A DNA stretch of 64,000 nt from Diadema antillarum (Eukaryota), in NCBI RefSeq assembly GCF_040938485.1, contig NW_027271623.1, positions 147,756 to 211,755 of the forward strand, given 5' to 3'. The first letter of the stretch is position 1. Each line of letters opens with the position of its first letter. A program made the position numbers and the translations under genes. Below the pieces are notes generated by a model that was not told the origin of the DNA, made no database searches, and saw nothing but the letters and a program-made list of their open reading frames with translations. Positions 24,790 to 37,839 of the stretch are shown here, piece by piece.

Positions 24790-27215
24790 TGTAATGTGTT
24801 CAGCCTGTAGGAAGGTGAGATGATCAAAACTAGGGCCAATGGCATGGATGTTGTTCACAGGACAAAAGAATGGAAGCGATTCCTCTCCTACGAATGGCTG
24901 TTTTTGTTTAATGAAGTATACTATCCACGAAGGGTTCACAGAAGTGCATTTATAAATGAGGTAAACAACAAGCAAATGTAGAATTTATAGAAAAAGAAAG
25001 AAGCAGTAGATATAACCAAGGAAACAACCATGTCACTGCAATGGACGAAGATGCATAACAAGAAATGACAAAATATAATGAGCATGCATATAACAGTGTG
25101 ACAGGTTAACTGGAATTGTTTCTGTACCACGTTACGAAATTAGTGGGATAATATTGTGGGGCTAAAACTAAAGGCAGCTGAAATCTGGCAAATGCGCTTA
25201 TTTGACATTTTGATTTCATAAAACGTTGTCATGGATCTTTTTGTTCCATTGATACGCACAAACATGTAGCATTAAAATGTCAAATATTAGAGCCGACCGG
25301 CGTGTTAACAGAGAAACCAGGTAACATACACTAGTGAATAACGTTTATTGTGCTCACCAAGTATGCTCAGGGAGGTGACATCTCCTATGCTTTACTTCCA
25401 CTTGCAATATTGCTGATGCAGTTCATTAAAAAAAAACAGGTGATCAAAACTTATTGCATGTTAAGCCTCTAATAGGCGGGTGCATGTCAAAATTCGAATG
25501 AATAAATAAATTATGGTCTTACCGATGTGAGCCCAAAGGAGTGATGTGAATTGAGAAGACACCGACATAATACAGGCATAAACATTTAATATGGCCTGCA
25601 TGGTTATTGTTTGTCTTAGGCGTCTCAGATCAAAGGTTCTATGAGCCAAAGGTTGTTGTATATATGGGTTACTGCACGTAGACACATGGCTGTACATATC
25701 TTTAATTTCTCTCTTTTTATACTTCTCAGTGGGGAATGAAAACACTGTTCTACCAGACGTGAAACTCATCATAGATTCATTATGGTAGACCCGGTTCCAC
25801 AATTATTATTATTCATTTTAGGAAAGAAAAATGAAAACAAAGATGATTGCTATGGGATGATCAATACTGAAGATAATAATGATCAACGACAAGCTAATAC
25901 TTCAACTGAGAGGAAGAATCACAATTTTTATTGAAATGCCACAATCTACGACAAATGTAAAGAAACATAATGAGTTTTTAAATAAAAGACAGGTAAAGAA
26001 ATCTGTATCAATAAGTCGAAGTCTGAACATTTTGACCTGTGCGAACAACGTAGAACATACACTATGGATACACGTAATCATTTACTCACTTTGATAGATA
26101 ACCGCCATCAGAGGTTTACGCTGGCGTTTTCGAATAAACTTCGCAAACGATGAATGGTCACTAGTTTCAGTATGTTGTTCAGGGCGTCACCGACCCCTTC
26201 CACTGCTCCCGAGTACCTTCAGTGGCCATTTCTCGTATCGTTGTTTATGGGATGATTTCTTTCGTTAGGGTTCCTGTTTTAGCATTGCCGTTTTTTGTTC
26301 ATTGTTGCTTAACGTGCAGATTGACCTGTTTGCACTGGGTTGTATTGCATGCTTACAGGTCTCATCGCTAAAATTCTCCCATTGGGCACCCAATGTCCTC
26401 TTGACTTTTTAAAAGCTGCTTATGAAAACGATAATTGCAACATTTTCTGCATACACATCAAAATATTTTTCCTGAGATCCTCTAGTCATTCTTTGGTTAA
26501 TATCACTATTATACAAAGAGTAAACGTTGACAAGTAACCATTGAATTTAGTTTATACAATACACGTGTACTAGATTTTCAGAAACTCGGAAGTCACTGTA
26601 AATACATTACGCAGCAGAATTATTCATTTCAACGTGTAAACACAGAGAATGTTTCTCTTCACTGAGTTTTCATAATAACCATGCTAGAATGATGTAACCC
26701 ACTCACCTTGTTTCGAAAGTATAATTCAGCCATTTGATGTATTTCATGACGCAATAATTCTGACAGTTATATCCACTTTTCTTTTCTGAGCATGTATACT
26801 TGTTGACGAATATATTCTGTATCTATTATTATGTCATTTCCATTGAATCTATGTAATGTCGAATTTCGCTTTAAAGTCTCTTACATGCATGACCTTCACA
26901 ATGTGTTCATTTCACTTAGCATTCGCCTTGTACATGACAGGGAGGGATGAGTTAAATCTTTGAAGATTACTGTGATCGTGCTAAAGCTACGTATGAGTTA
27001 TTTGACGAAAATACAATAACGAAGTTCTTGATACAGAGAGGTTAAAATACAACATGGAAAGAAATACTTCTTAACATCAAAAGAGGTGAGATGAAATATT
27101 TTTAGTCGCCTCTCTATGGCATCTAAAAAAGCACTTGCACATTAATTATGAAATCTATGTTTCTCTTTCTCTTTGTCAGTCTCTCCTTTTCCCTCTCTCT
27201 CATTAGTTATATTTA

Positions 27216-27266
<51 letters not shown>

Positions 27267-28810
27267 ACCATTTTCTTTGCTCAAAGTTTTCGCTATATAT
27301 ATATATCTATATCTATATCATATATATATATATATATATCATATATATTTATATATCTATGATTATATATAGTAAAATACATTATAGTTCATATTTATAT
27401 AATTTATATGTATAATCATACATAGTAAAATATATAATGTAACCGTAATTGACACTACATTGTGGCAATGCCTTTCTGAGTCATGACCTTCCGGAATTTA
27501 TATCTAATGTTTGCATAAATAATTCAAACTCCTTTTTCATTCACAAATAAGAATCTTATGAAGGCAAGCATTGCAACACACAAACACACACACTCACACA
27601 CACTCACATCCACACCCTTACACACACACACACACACACAAATAAAAGTGCAAGGAAGCAGAATATTAATATCCATTGAATGGCCAGCGATTTAGTTTGC
27701 ATTCAAGATGTTGTTAAAACATATACAGAGCAGTAACAGCGTGCATTTATCGCATAGGCCTGCTCATAAGCATGACATACCATATTTTCTTTGTACCTTT
27801 TCAAACAACAGGTGACATTCCTGTTTGGACATCGCTGGATTCCACTGAAGAATAGCAAGCATACATATCATATCACATGCAAGAGAACAGATGGAGCAGA
27901 TAAAGGAAACAAGATATTGACATAACGGTTCGATGAGTTTAAGCTCACATTCTAAAAATCCAAACCAACGAGGGGGAAAAAGAGTGAAGTAGACCAAGGA
28001 GGTTTGAGAAATGGAGTAACAACAGTCTCATTCCCTTTGATCCCATGTTTCATGCCGCCACTCAGAAATATTTGAAATATGTGCTAAACTGGAGCTGCCT
28101 CACAGATAAGAAGACAATTGATTCATGTGGCATTGCATCATGACTCGTCACTCACAAAGGGAGATAATGTCTTTATGATCGTAATTGCTTTTCGCCGTCC
28201 CTTCCTAGAAAACAAGCGAAACTTTAATCGTACAGGGACGGGGATGTGTGAATAAAGATTGTACAAAAATTGATGAAACGAAAATCAAAATTACTCGTTT
28301 TTACATGACTTTACACTAATCTAACATATAAATGAATAAAGAACTGTACCCGAAAATTATACCATATCAGTTTCATTTGTCGGAGGCAATCGGAAAGATG
28401 ATACAATCGGCTTTGTAGTGAGAGTACAGTTTCAAATATTTTCATGACATACAGCTCATGTTCACATTTTTGCACACAATCTTGGACGGGCGTTATCATT
28501 AAGAGAACATTCATTCTATTTGACAAATAAACAAGCAGAATATAGACGATATAATGTTAGAGTTTAAAATGAATCTTCAGATTGCTCAAAAAGACGGCGG
28601 CATGGAACCCTGATCATCAAAGGCACAAGTGCACCTGCGGAATTCTTTTGTGCATCGATAGAAAAATGACAGCAGGAACTCAATCTCTTAAACTTACTTG
28701 AGTATAGGAAGGAACAGTGCCTGTAGTAAATAAAGAAACCTCACATGGTTCATAACAATTACATTATTTTCTTAACGTTAATGTAAAGAAATTATACAAC
28801 GAGGTTTTAT
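24790..28810. repeat. Segmental duplication, copy B (matches 1-2750 plus 5700-6450), with a ~700-bp private insert at 28010-28720
   Basis: See copy A. Confidence 0.7.
27215..27360. repeat. (TA)n-rich compound microsatellite
   Basis: Direct reading. Followed by (CA)n at 27575-27640. Confidence 0.9.
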
Positions 28811-31000
28811 TTTGATGTGAACACCTATGATAATTTTAATAGAAAAATACAATATCATTATGATAAAAATTCTCCATTGGTTAGGTTTAAAAAGAATAAT
28901 AAACATGGGAAGAGGCCTTGGATAACAAAATCGATATTACGTTCAATACATACAAGAAACAGGCTTTATAAGATTTATATAAATGATCTTACTGATTTTA
29001 ATCTGATAAAATTTAAGATATACCGAAATAAATTAACAACTGTTATAAAAGATTCACGAAAAGTATTTTATTCTGATAAGTTGAACCAAGTAAAATCAAA
29101 TATGAAAGCCACATGAAAAATTATAAATGATTTAGTTGGGAAGAAAGAACAACAATTACCAAAAACAGACTTTAAATTAAACGATTGTATTATTGATCAG
29201 GGAGATGTAGCAGATGTATTTAATACCTCTTTTTTGGTTAATGTTGGTCCTAATCTGGCAAATACATTTGATGATGTAAATGTGGATTTTTTTTGAAATT
29301 TTTGCCAAAACCTATTTCCTCATCGTTATTTTTAAACCCTACAAATCCCACAGAAATCATTGATATCACGAAAAAGTTTAATTTCTAGCCAAGCAAGTGG
29401 ATGTGATAGAATAAGCACATTAGTACTTAAACAAATCATATATCAAATTGCTGATCCACTTACTCACATATTTAACCTTTCCATATTGTCTGGAAAATGT
29501 CCCAATTTTTAAAAAATTGCTAAGGTTAACCCAGTGTTTAAGAAAGATGATCCTTGTCAAAATAGTAATTATAGACCAATTTCTATTCTTCCTAGTATTT
29601 CCAAAATTCTTGAAAAAATTATATATGATAGGTTTTATAAATTTTTGAATAATCATGCAGTTTTGAATTTACATCAATATGGTTTCCGAAAGAATTACTC
29701 TACAGATTTGGCTTTGGTCCAGTTTTATGATCAAATTACAAATGCAATGGCAAATAGAAAACATGTTATAGGAGTTTTTATGGATTTATCTAAGGCGTTT
29801 GATACGTTACAACATGATATTTTACTTAACAAGTTACAGCTTTATGGTGTTCTGGTGGCACTATGGCACTCTGGTGGTTTAGGGATTATTTATCTTGTAG
29901 ACAGCAATATGTTGTACATAATGACATGTCGTCAAATTTTTTACGGATAAAATGTGGTGTGCCCCATGGCTCAATATCAGGTCCCCTTCTCTTTTTGTTA
30001 TATATCAAATATATTGTTTAATTCGTCGTTTATATTATCATTTATATTATATGCCGACGACACGAATATTTTTTATTCCCAGGATAATATAGAAACGTTA
30101 GCATCCACACTTAATGCAGTTACCAAATGTATCAAACTGGTTTAAGAATAATAAATTATCACTTAATATTGATAAAACAAATTATATTCATTTTAAATAT
30201 ATGAAAACTCACACAGATGATTTCGTAAATAATATCAGGATTGATAATGTACTTCTTGGACGTAAAAGTTCTATTAAGGTTTAGGCATATTTATTGATGA
30301 AAACCTAACCTGGAATGATCATATAAGTTATGTTACAACCTGTATTTCTAGAAATGTAGGTGTTCTTTCAAAGATGAAAAGTTATCTTCCAGAACATACT
30401 CTTTTTATGCTTTACAATTCTTGAATCCTACCATATATCATGTATTGCAATCTAGTGTGGGCTACAAGTTCAAAAACTAAACTAAACTCTATTTATTTAT
30501 TTATTACAAAGAAAGCCATTCGCATCTGCACTGGATCACAATACTTAGCCCACACCAGTCCACTTTTTTATCAGTTAAAAACACTGAATATATTTGATAT
30601 AAACACCTTTCATTCTTGCTTTTTATGTTTAAGTATTTGAACAACTTACTTCCAAACATTTTCATGATTTCTTTAAACTGAATTATACTGTTCATTCATA
30701 TGCCACTCGTGATTCGCAAAATTTTCATGTAGTAAATCCCGAATTATTAATTGCACAAAAATCTATAAGACATAATGGACCAAATCTTTGGAACACACTT
30801 CCAGATTATGTTAAATCATGTAAAACTTTATATTCTTTCAAGGCTAGATTGAAAAATACATTACTGTCAGATTACAATCTATGAACAAAGCATCTGGATG
30901 TATATTTGGTTTTGTTTGATCACATTTCTTTTCCTGTAAATTGGATTTAAAATTACAACAAATATACGCAATGTTTCTGTGTCTATCATTTCATTTCATT
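28811..31000 (+). mobile_element. 5'-truncated, frameshifted LINE copy (ORF2 RT plus C-terminal tail) inserted at the edge of duplication copy B
   Basis: ORF pieces 28817-29116 (KRPWITKSILRSIHTRNRLY...), 29534-29950 (YRPISILPSISKILEKIIYDR...FMDLSKAFDTLQHDILLNKL) and 30440-30640 align to ORF2 at 40231-43362 in three different frames. Confidence 0.75.
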
Positions 31001-32299
31001 CCCATTATCTTCAGCATCACCACCATCATTTTCATCTTCGTTATCACATTTTTCATCATCATTACCCTGTCATCATCATCATACATCATCATTGTCACCA
31101 TCATCATATTTCACTTTACTCTTATTCGTATCTATGCACTAGAATATAAAAACATAATGTATTTACAGAGTATTATATTTTGTAGTATTTCTCCATTCCG
31201 CACACAATATAATTTTTTTTGTGTATTATGTAGATAGGTACCTGGGCTGCCACATGTTCAAGCTTTTGCTTATAGTGGCAGTCCTTCTTCCGCATAATTT
31301 TTCAGATAATTATTTGGAAACTTGGTAATACGAGTTATATTTCGTTAACGAAATTAATTTACACATCGATTTTCCTTCTTTGAATCATGTACATTGTAAT
31401 CTGCTTACTGATATTCTATGTGATATTACTGAAAAGAATCTTGATTTATGTATGAAATTGTGTTGGAAGAAAAATGAATCAAACAAACAAACATACAATA
31501 CTTCATTTTTATCAAGGAGCTTACAAATATGGAAAGACTTCTGAGGGAGATTCGATAAGAGCGAGGATCATTATCAAAAATGCTTTCATGTGTTAACTGC
31601 ATGGGAGGAAGGAAAATTGATATAAAAAAAATAGAAGATTTGATGATCTATTTGTAACATTTCCATAGTGAAAACAATGCAAAAATACATGTACATGTCA
31701 ACTATATCTCTAAATCTCTAAATCTCTCTTTCTTTTACCGAACCAGCTGTTTACATTTAACCAATGATATTACTTTTTAAGTTCCAGTTGAAGAACGTGA
31801 TCATAACTTCTTTCCTGTCTATTACTCAGCGAAATTCATACCTTGTTATGTTTTTTTGTTATTGTTCCATATTCCACATTTCAACAAATACATAAAAGAT
31901 AAACATCACAATACAAAAGCCTGGATGAATTGTCAAGTACAGCTTATAAGACAATAAAACATGTGAAATATGAGGAATCTACATAGAAGCATTGCTTGTA
32001 GGGTGTAGATTCCCAGATGAGGATGTGACATTATTTCTTACTTGATATATGTAATTAAAGGAATGAAAATTTGTGAATTGGAGAAATATAAAAGTAAAAA
32101 GAAAAAGAAAAAACAAAGAAAACAATGTCCGCGGCACAAGACTTCTTGAGAGTTGCGTGATCACCCGAGCGAGGTACAAGTCAGATGCAGTGTACAATAG
32201 CAGAGATACCAAATGTGTACAGAGAAAGTTCGGGAGATAATACAGAAATCACGAGCGAGGCACATGTTACATAATCGATAATGTCAGTAATGTGAAGTA

Positions 32300-33720
32300 T
32301 GAGCAGAGAATGTCGAGGAGGATTGAAGAATAGCTATAGATATGAATTCAGAAAAACTAGTTAAGTTTATGCTTAAATGAATAAAGAGACTGAGATTGGA
32401 TTATTTCTCTATCCAACTCATTCCAAAATTTAGGTCCTGTAGTGGTTATTGTTTTTAAAGCAGATACGGTCCGTACAGGAGAAAGATGAAAAGAATCTTT
32501 TTGTCTAGTAAGGTAAGAATGAACTGCAGTATTTTTGACAAACATCGAAGAAAACACATCAGGGAGACCACCTGAGTTTAATTGATCATAAATGACCCGA
32601 TATTGAAATGATATAAATCCTGGATCTTAGATGTTCTACTGGAAAAGAATAAGACATTAGTGTGTTCCAAAAATGTGGCGAAGTTAATTATCCGTATAGC
32701 TCTTTTCTGTATCAATAGTAAAGAATTACGTCTAGTTGTACAGCAGTTTACCCATGCCAGGATTCCATAACCTGTCCCTAAGGCAAAAATAGAGTAGAAT
32801 ACAATGAATGCAGAACATGTTTAGGAAAATACTGCTTTAACTTATACATAACACCTACATTTTTTGATAGTAATTTACGCAAAGAATCAACATGAACTTT
32901 CCATGTCAACTTACAATCAATATAAAGACCAAGGAATTTTATATATTCCACCTGGTTCAATTCCACGTCGTTTACGACCAACTTACCAGGTAAAATATCG
33001 ATTATATTGCTAAAGACCATAAATTTTGTCTTGGTCAAATTCAGTGACAATTTATTAGCCTGAATCCACTTAGATACTGATTTTAATTCATTATTAATGG
33101 TATTTAGTAAAACATGAGGGTTTCGATTTAAATAAAAAATGCTGGTGTCATCGGCAAAAAGTAGAAAATAGAGCAGAGAGGACGAACTGCGAAAGTCATT
33201 CATATAAAGAATAAACGATAAAGGACCTAAAAGGGATCCTTGCGGTACCCCACAAGTTATAGGCTGTGAGCTGGACACATGGCCATTCAAACTAACAAAT
33301 TGAGTTCTTCCAGTAAGGTAACTTCTAAACCACTCCAAGGCCCTTCCACGAATCCCACAGTGTTGTAATTTGTATAATAATATTTCATGGTTGATTGTGT
33401 CAAAGGCCTTGGAGTAGTCAAGAAAGATACCTACTGTGTGACACTTGGCATCGATCGCTTTAATAATTTTCTCTATCATTAGTAAAATAGCATGAATTGT
33501 CGAATGCTTTTTACGAAATCCAAATCGATTATCATCTATTACATTACAGTCGTTTCATAGAATACGCAATCTTTTCAAGTAATTTAGAAAGAGAAGTTAA
33601 TAACGATATTGGTCGATAATTTCCCAGTTCGTCCTCTCGACCCTTTTTATATATCGGGATAACTTTAGTGATTTTCATCCTAGTAGGCACTACACCGTTC
33701 AGTAATGACAAATTAAATAT
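32300..33720 (-). mobile_element. 5'-truncated LINE fragment (RT C-terminal half plus tail) on the minus strand
   Basis: ORF 32778-33479: ...GIFLDYSKAFDTINHEILLYKL...CGVPQGSLLGPLSFILYMND...FADDTSIF... (RT motifs). ORF 32357-32557: ...FKHKLN tail. Degenerate RT continues above 33479. Confidence 0.75.
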
Positions 33721-33725
33721 ATGGG

Positions 33726-33900
33726 CGAGAGGTACAAACCCTAACTCAAACTCCTAATCCTTAACCTAACCGTCACCCTAATCTTTACTGTCACCTTACC
33801 ACTAACCCTTAACTAACCCTCACTCAAACTCCTAACCCTTAACCTAACCGTCATCCTAATCTTTACTGTCACCTTACCACTAACCAGTATTGCCCTCTGC
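33726..33900. repeat. Two tandem ~97-bp units built from degenerate telomere-like CCCTAA/CCTAAC motifs
   Basis: CTCAAACTCCTAA(T/C)CCTTAACCTAACCGTCA(C/T)CCTAATCTTTACTGTCACCTTACCACTAACC repeated twice. Confidence 0.6.
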
Positions 33901-34439
33901 GAGTATTTGCCTGGATACAGTCATGATTAACGCTATAAAAGTGAAAAGTGCAATAAAAGAAAGATAGCTACAGAATAGATAAAGTTTACAAAAATGATAT
34001 GAATGGAATTTTCATAAGACTTGCAGCGTCTACAGAGCTGGGAAATGTATTTCTTGATAGGTATTCAGGAAATTGCGGGGATAAGAAATTCAATGAAATT
34101 TTACTCAAACTGATTTGTACAAGTCGCATACAAGGGAATATAACCCTTTCCCTGACACTTCTCCTTTATCTTTATCTAAAGCAAACATGACTTAGCTGAT
34201 TTCTGGGTGATAGAGCATACGGGGACCAGTAGGCCCGACTGTTGGTGCGCGGTGAGCACGTTCGATATGCCTATACACCTTTGAGACCTTTGAGATTTGG
34301 GTCAATTTTGTGTTTTCAAGAAAGTCTGCCATAAATGACATGAGGCTTTTCCCTTTTTCCCCATCATGATAATAAAACCCACAAGATAGTTGCGTCTTGA
34401 GGATCATCAATTTTTTTAGGAGCTAAGTCAGCGATGCTG

Positions 34440-34575
34440 GAAATTATAATGTAAAAATTCATAAGTTTTGAACGGATTTTCCAATTGTCCTCAAACTTCC
34501 ACCGATTATAGTGTTCTAGTAATATTGCTGCATTCTCTCAACTCACTTGTATATAATGTGAACGTGTCCTTTAGA
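34440..34575. mobile_element. Fragment of an FB-2 MITE arm
   Basis: Matches the 20420-20545 arm (…ATAAGTTTTGAACGGATT…CCTCAAACTT…GTGTTCTAGTAATATTGCTGCATTCTCTCAA…). Confidence 0.55.
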
Positions 34576-36296
34576 ATGTCTCCCTTTATGACAAGATTGC
34601 CACCTATTCTCTCCAGAAAGCTTTAGCTTCAGTATGTAACTAATATCGTTTTACTACATTTTTAGCATTTCCCATAGTCAGATACAGGTACATCAAAACA
34701 ATAATTACACGTAATTTATCATTATGATTTGACATTTTACTCGACAATTATTGTCCTCTGCGAGAAATTTTCCCATTTACAACAGCCTAGACCTTATCAT
34801 CATCGTGAATACGCGAGGAAACATGTCTGAGAATGTGTGCTTGTTTGTAAAGTTTAGAGGGAAATTTAAAGCCGAGTCCATCCGGGCTAGATAAGAATGC
34901 ATTTGGGCAATTCCACGGTAACTCGCGTTACAAATAATGGGTACATTTATGGGATAATGTGCCAATAACTTTGTAATTGGTAGGATCTACAAGTTACTTT
35001 TTTCATCATGCGTTAAGTAGACATACACCAACTAAATGAATTCAAAAAAAGAAAAATAAAGGACAAATATGTTGAGATTCTTGAATCATTTAATTATGGT
35101 AACTCGCGTTACACAAAAAGGACATGGTCAATTCTATAAAGACCTCTTTTTGGAAAGTCTCCTCATACTAGACAATCTAGATAAAAGTTTTCCTACCTTG
35201 AATTGACAGTGGGTTATGACTCATAACTTAACACTATCAAAGTTGAGTAACAATGACCTGGTAAAATGTAGGGAGCCTTTATGTCGGTAACTCGCGTTAC
35301 GGTAACTCGCGTTGCATTATGTCCACTAACACAGGGTGACACAAATTGATGACATACAACTGTTCTGGTGGCGCTGAATCTTGTGTTGAATATTTTGAGG
35401 GAAGCTTATTGTTGTAGATAGTAAAATGAATAAATGTTAAACAAATATTTCACTAATAAAACCAATAGAAGAATGCGTTTAAGACTAATAAAAGCTTCAC
35501 TCCTCATAGAGACCTTGAATATGTTTGAATATACCCAGATGATTTAGGTGTATAAGTGCATTGTAATTTTCAGATTGTAAAGATGAAAAATGTTGAAAGT
35601 CTTTTTAAAACAAAACATAAAAGTATCAAACCCTATCTACAAGTTTACAAAAAAGCTTACAATCTTTCAAAAATTCAAATCCTATCTTTGTGAGGAGTGA
35701 AAACTAGTACATTTCTTTGCAACTGATTGACAAAAAAACCAATAGACCAGTTCGTAATTCCACTTTGCGCATGAGCAGAAAAAGGTCATTTGTACCAACA
35801 GGCATTTTGATTTGTAAATTCACTGAGATAAGCATCTGTGATGCGATGACTATTCATGCAATCCTTATCTAAATGATGCTTGCCAGCACATCCACCTGAC
35901 AGCAAGAATGGTTTCAGTTTCAGTTTAGTTTATTTCCACAAGTTCAGGTAAAAACATATAAATATACAATCAATCAGTTCTAACACATACTTATACAAAC
36001 CAAAAATTATTTTGGATAAGTACATAATCACAGTTAAAAGTTAAAAAGCGTGTGTTCAAGATTGACATAACAATTAAAATAAATGGTGGAGGAAATCAGC
36101 AGTAGGCCATTGGCCTTTCGAGGCTGATCCCATGAGCAAATATACAATATACACTGTTTCATAAATCATAAGTGGATTTGCAATAAATAGGGACAAAAAA
36201 AAACATCCAAAAGGAAGGAACCATGACATAGCAAAAACAACCATAAAAGGGTGGGACAAAAAGATGGGCAAGAATTATCATTGAATTTGAATGCAA

Positions 36297-36300
<4 letters not shown>

Positions 36301-36347
<47 letters not shown>

Positions 36348-36352
36348 CGGGA
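36301..36352. repeat. (TA)n microsatellite flanking the LTR element; target-site context
   Basis: Direct reading. A matching (TA)n sits at 53314-53354 on the other flank. Confidence 0.9.
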
Positions 36353-37284
36353 AAATGGGTGTTGTTGCACTGACTACTGGGGGTGGCAGGATGTTTACCG
36401 AGCGGGAATGATACCCCCAATAGAAAGGCACATTTTCCGCAATGGAAGAGAGTTAATTGGTAAGATATAAGGTGCATCAGGTACATTCACACAATTCATT
36501 CACCATCACGATGAGAGGGCTGCAACATAGTTCAATCGGAAGAGCGTATGTTCCGGGCATAAACTGTTATTTTATTGGCAGATATACTTCACGTTGACAA
36601 ACGTACATGATCAAAATGAGTTATGACAGGACTTGCCTAATTACTCTAACAGCATGACACGACGACTTTCGCTAAAGTCCTTAGATTCAAGAAGTCGCTC
36701 CTCGTAAGAAGTAAAGTTCTCTCTATTCACGAAGTCCCACAAAGTTAAGTCCCTTGCTTTGACAGATCAATCGATATTTATACCTCTATGCTCAATGTAT
36801 TTCTTTAAACTTACAAAGGTATTCGGGCAATTCAAATTATGCGGAAACTATGAGGAACATAGAATATTTGGGGCGTATACCTTCATATTAGGTAAAACAT
36901 AGAATTCTTTAGTGGACTATACACAACATAAAATTCCAAACGATGTAATGCGAGGAATGGACAGAATTTACGGAATGTGCAAGGAATGTGTATTTTATCA
37001 GAGATTCAGTCTAGAACGGAAACCCACTTGTTTTGGAATGTGCCCTACTTGGTACTTAATGAGGTAGAGTTATGCCAAATATCCTAGGAGGAGAAACCCT
37101 GGAAAGTGTCAACATGGAGGGGTGTGCTTGGCACGTGCGGAATGTAAACATTGACCCCACGAGAATTCGCTGCGGAGGGTGAGTGGTTTTCATCTACAAC
37201 AAGGCACTTATTGTTCTACATGGTCAGTGCAGGGAGGTGGGTCCCTGGTCAGTGGTTTTCTGCTTATCATATTCGTAACACTAT
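36353..37284 (-). repeat. LTR; the 3' LTR of a minus-strand gypsy element
   Basis: ~932 bp, ~99.7% identical to 52370-53313. Two differences found on reading: TTTTGG vs TTTAGG at 37036/53060, and a 1-bp indel near the end. In minus orientation it reads TGTTACG...CCCGCAACA, giving TG...CA termini. The polypurine tract GGAGGAGGGGAG (minus strand of 37287-37299) abuts its internal side. Confidence 0.85.
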
Positions 37285-37839
37285 CTCCCCTCCTCGGAAG
37301 TCGATGCCCCCATCGACAGAGCGTTAGTGTTTAGGGGACTTGTGGACACGTTTAAATAATACTCACTATTGTATCAATACTAAATGAGCAAACCGGAATG
37401 CAATTTTATCATGGCGTGCGTGACTAAAAGCTCACAAATAGGCTACATAGTACAAACCTAACTCTTTGACCTAATTACTGCATGCTAGTGCGACAAATAC
37501 GAATACGAAATCACAATCATATTAACACAAAAGAATGACATCCAAAACAATGTACATGATATACTCGAATGATTAAAAGATGAGAAAAAGAAAGCAAGAT
37601 AAATAAGGTAAAGAATTCGACATTCGATGGAGACGGACGTGCAACTGTAGACTCTCTCTCGGGTTCTCGGTCTCCGCCCTGCCTCTCGCCTCCTTTTCCG
37701 CATTTTGACAGCAACTGCGCTTGTTTTCTGCTCTCATCAAATTGCCAATATTGTTCCAGTGAAATCTTCCTACCACTAAGTGAATCCATATTGTCTGGTA
37801 CTGCAACTTTCTTCGTTGTCAACTAGAATCTACGACACT

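Noticed and set aside
36159-36486. ORFs beginning MPFYWGYHSRSVNILPPPVVSATTPIFPQ…, duplicated at 52223-52514
   Set aside because: They are encoded antisense inside the LTRs and run out into unrelated flank ((TA)n in one copy, mosaic leader in the other). They are artefacts of the LTR duplication, not a conserved gene.
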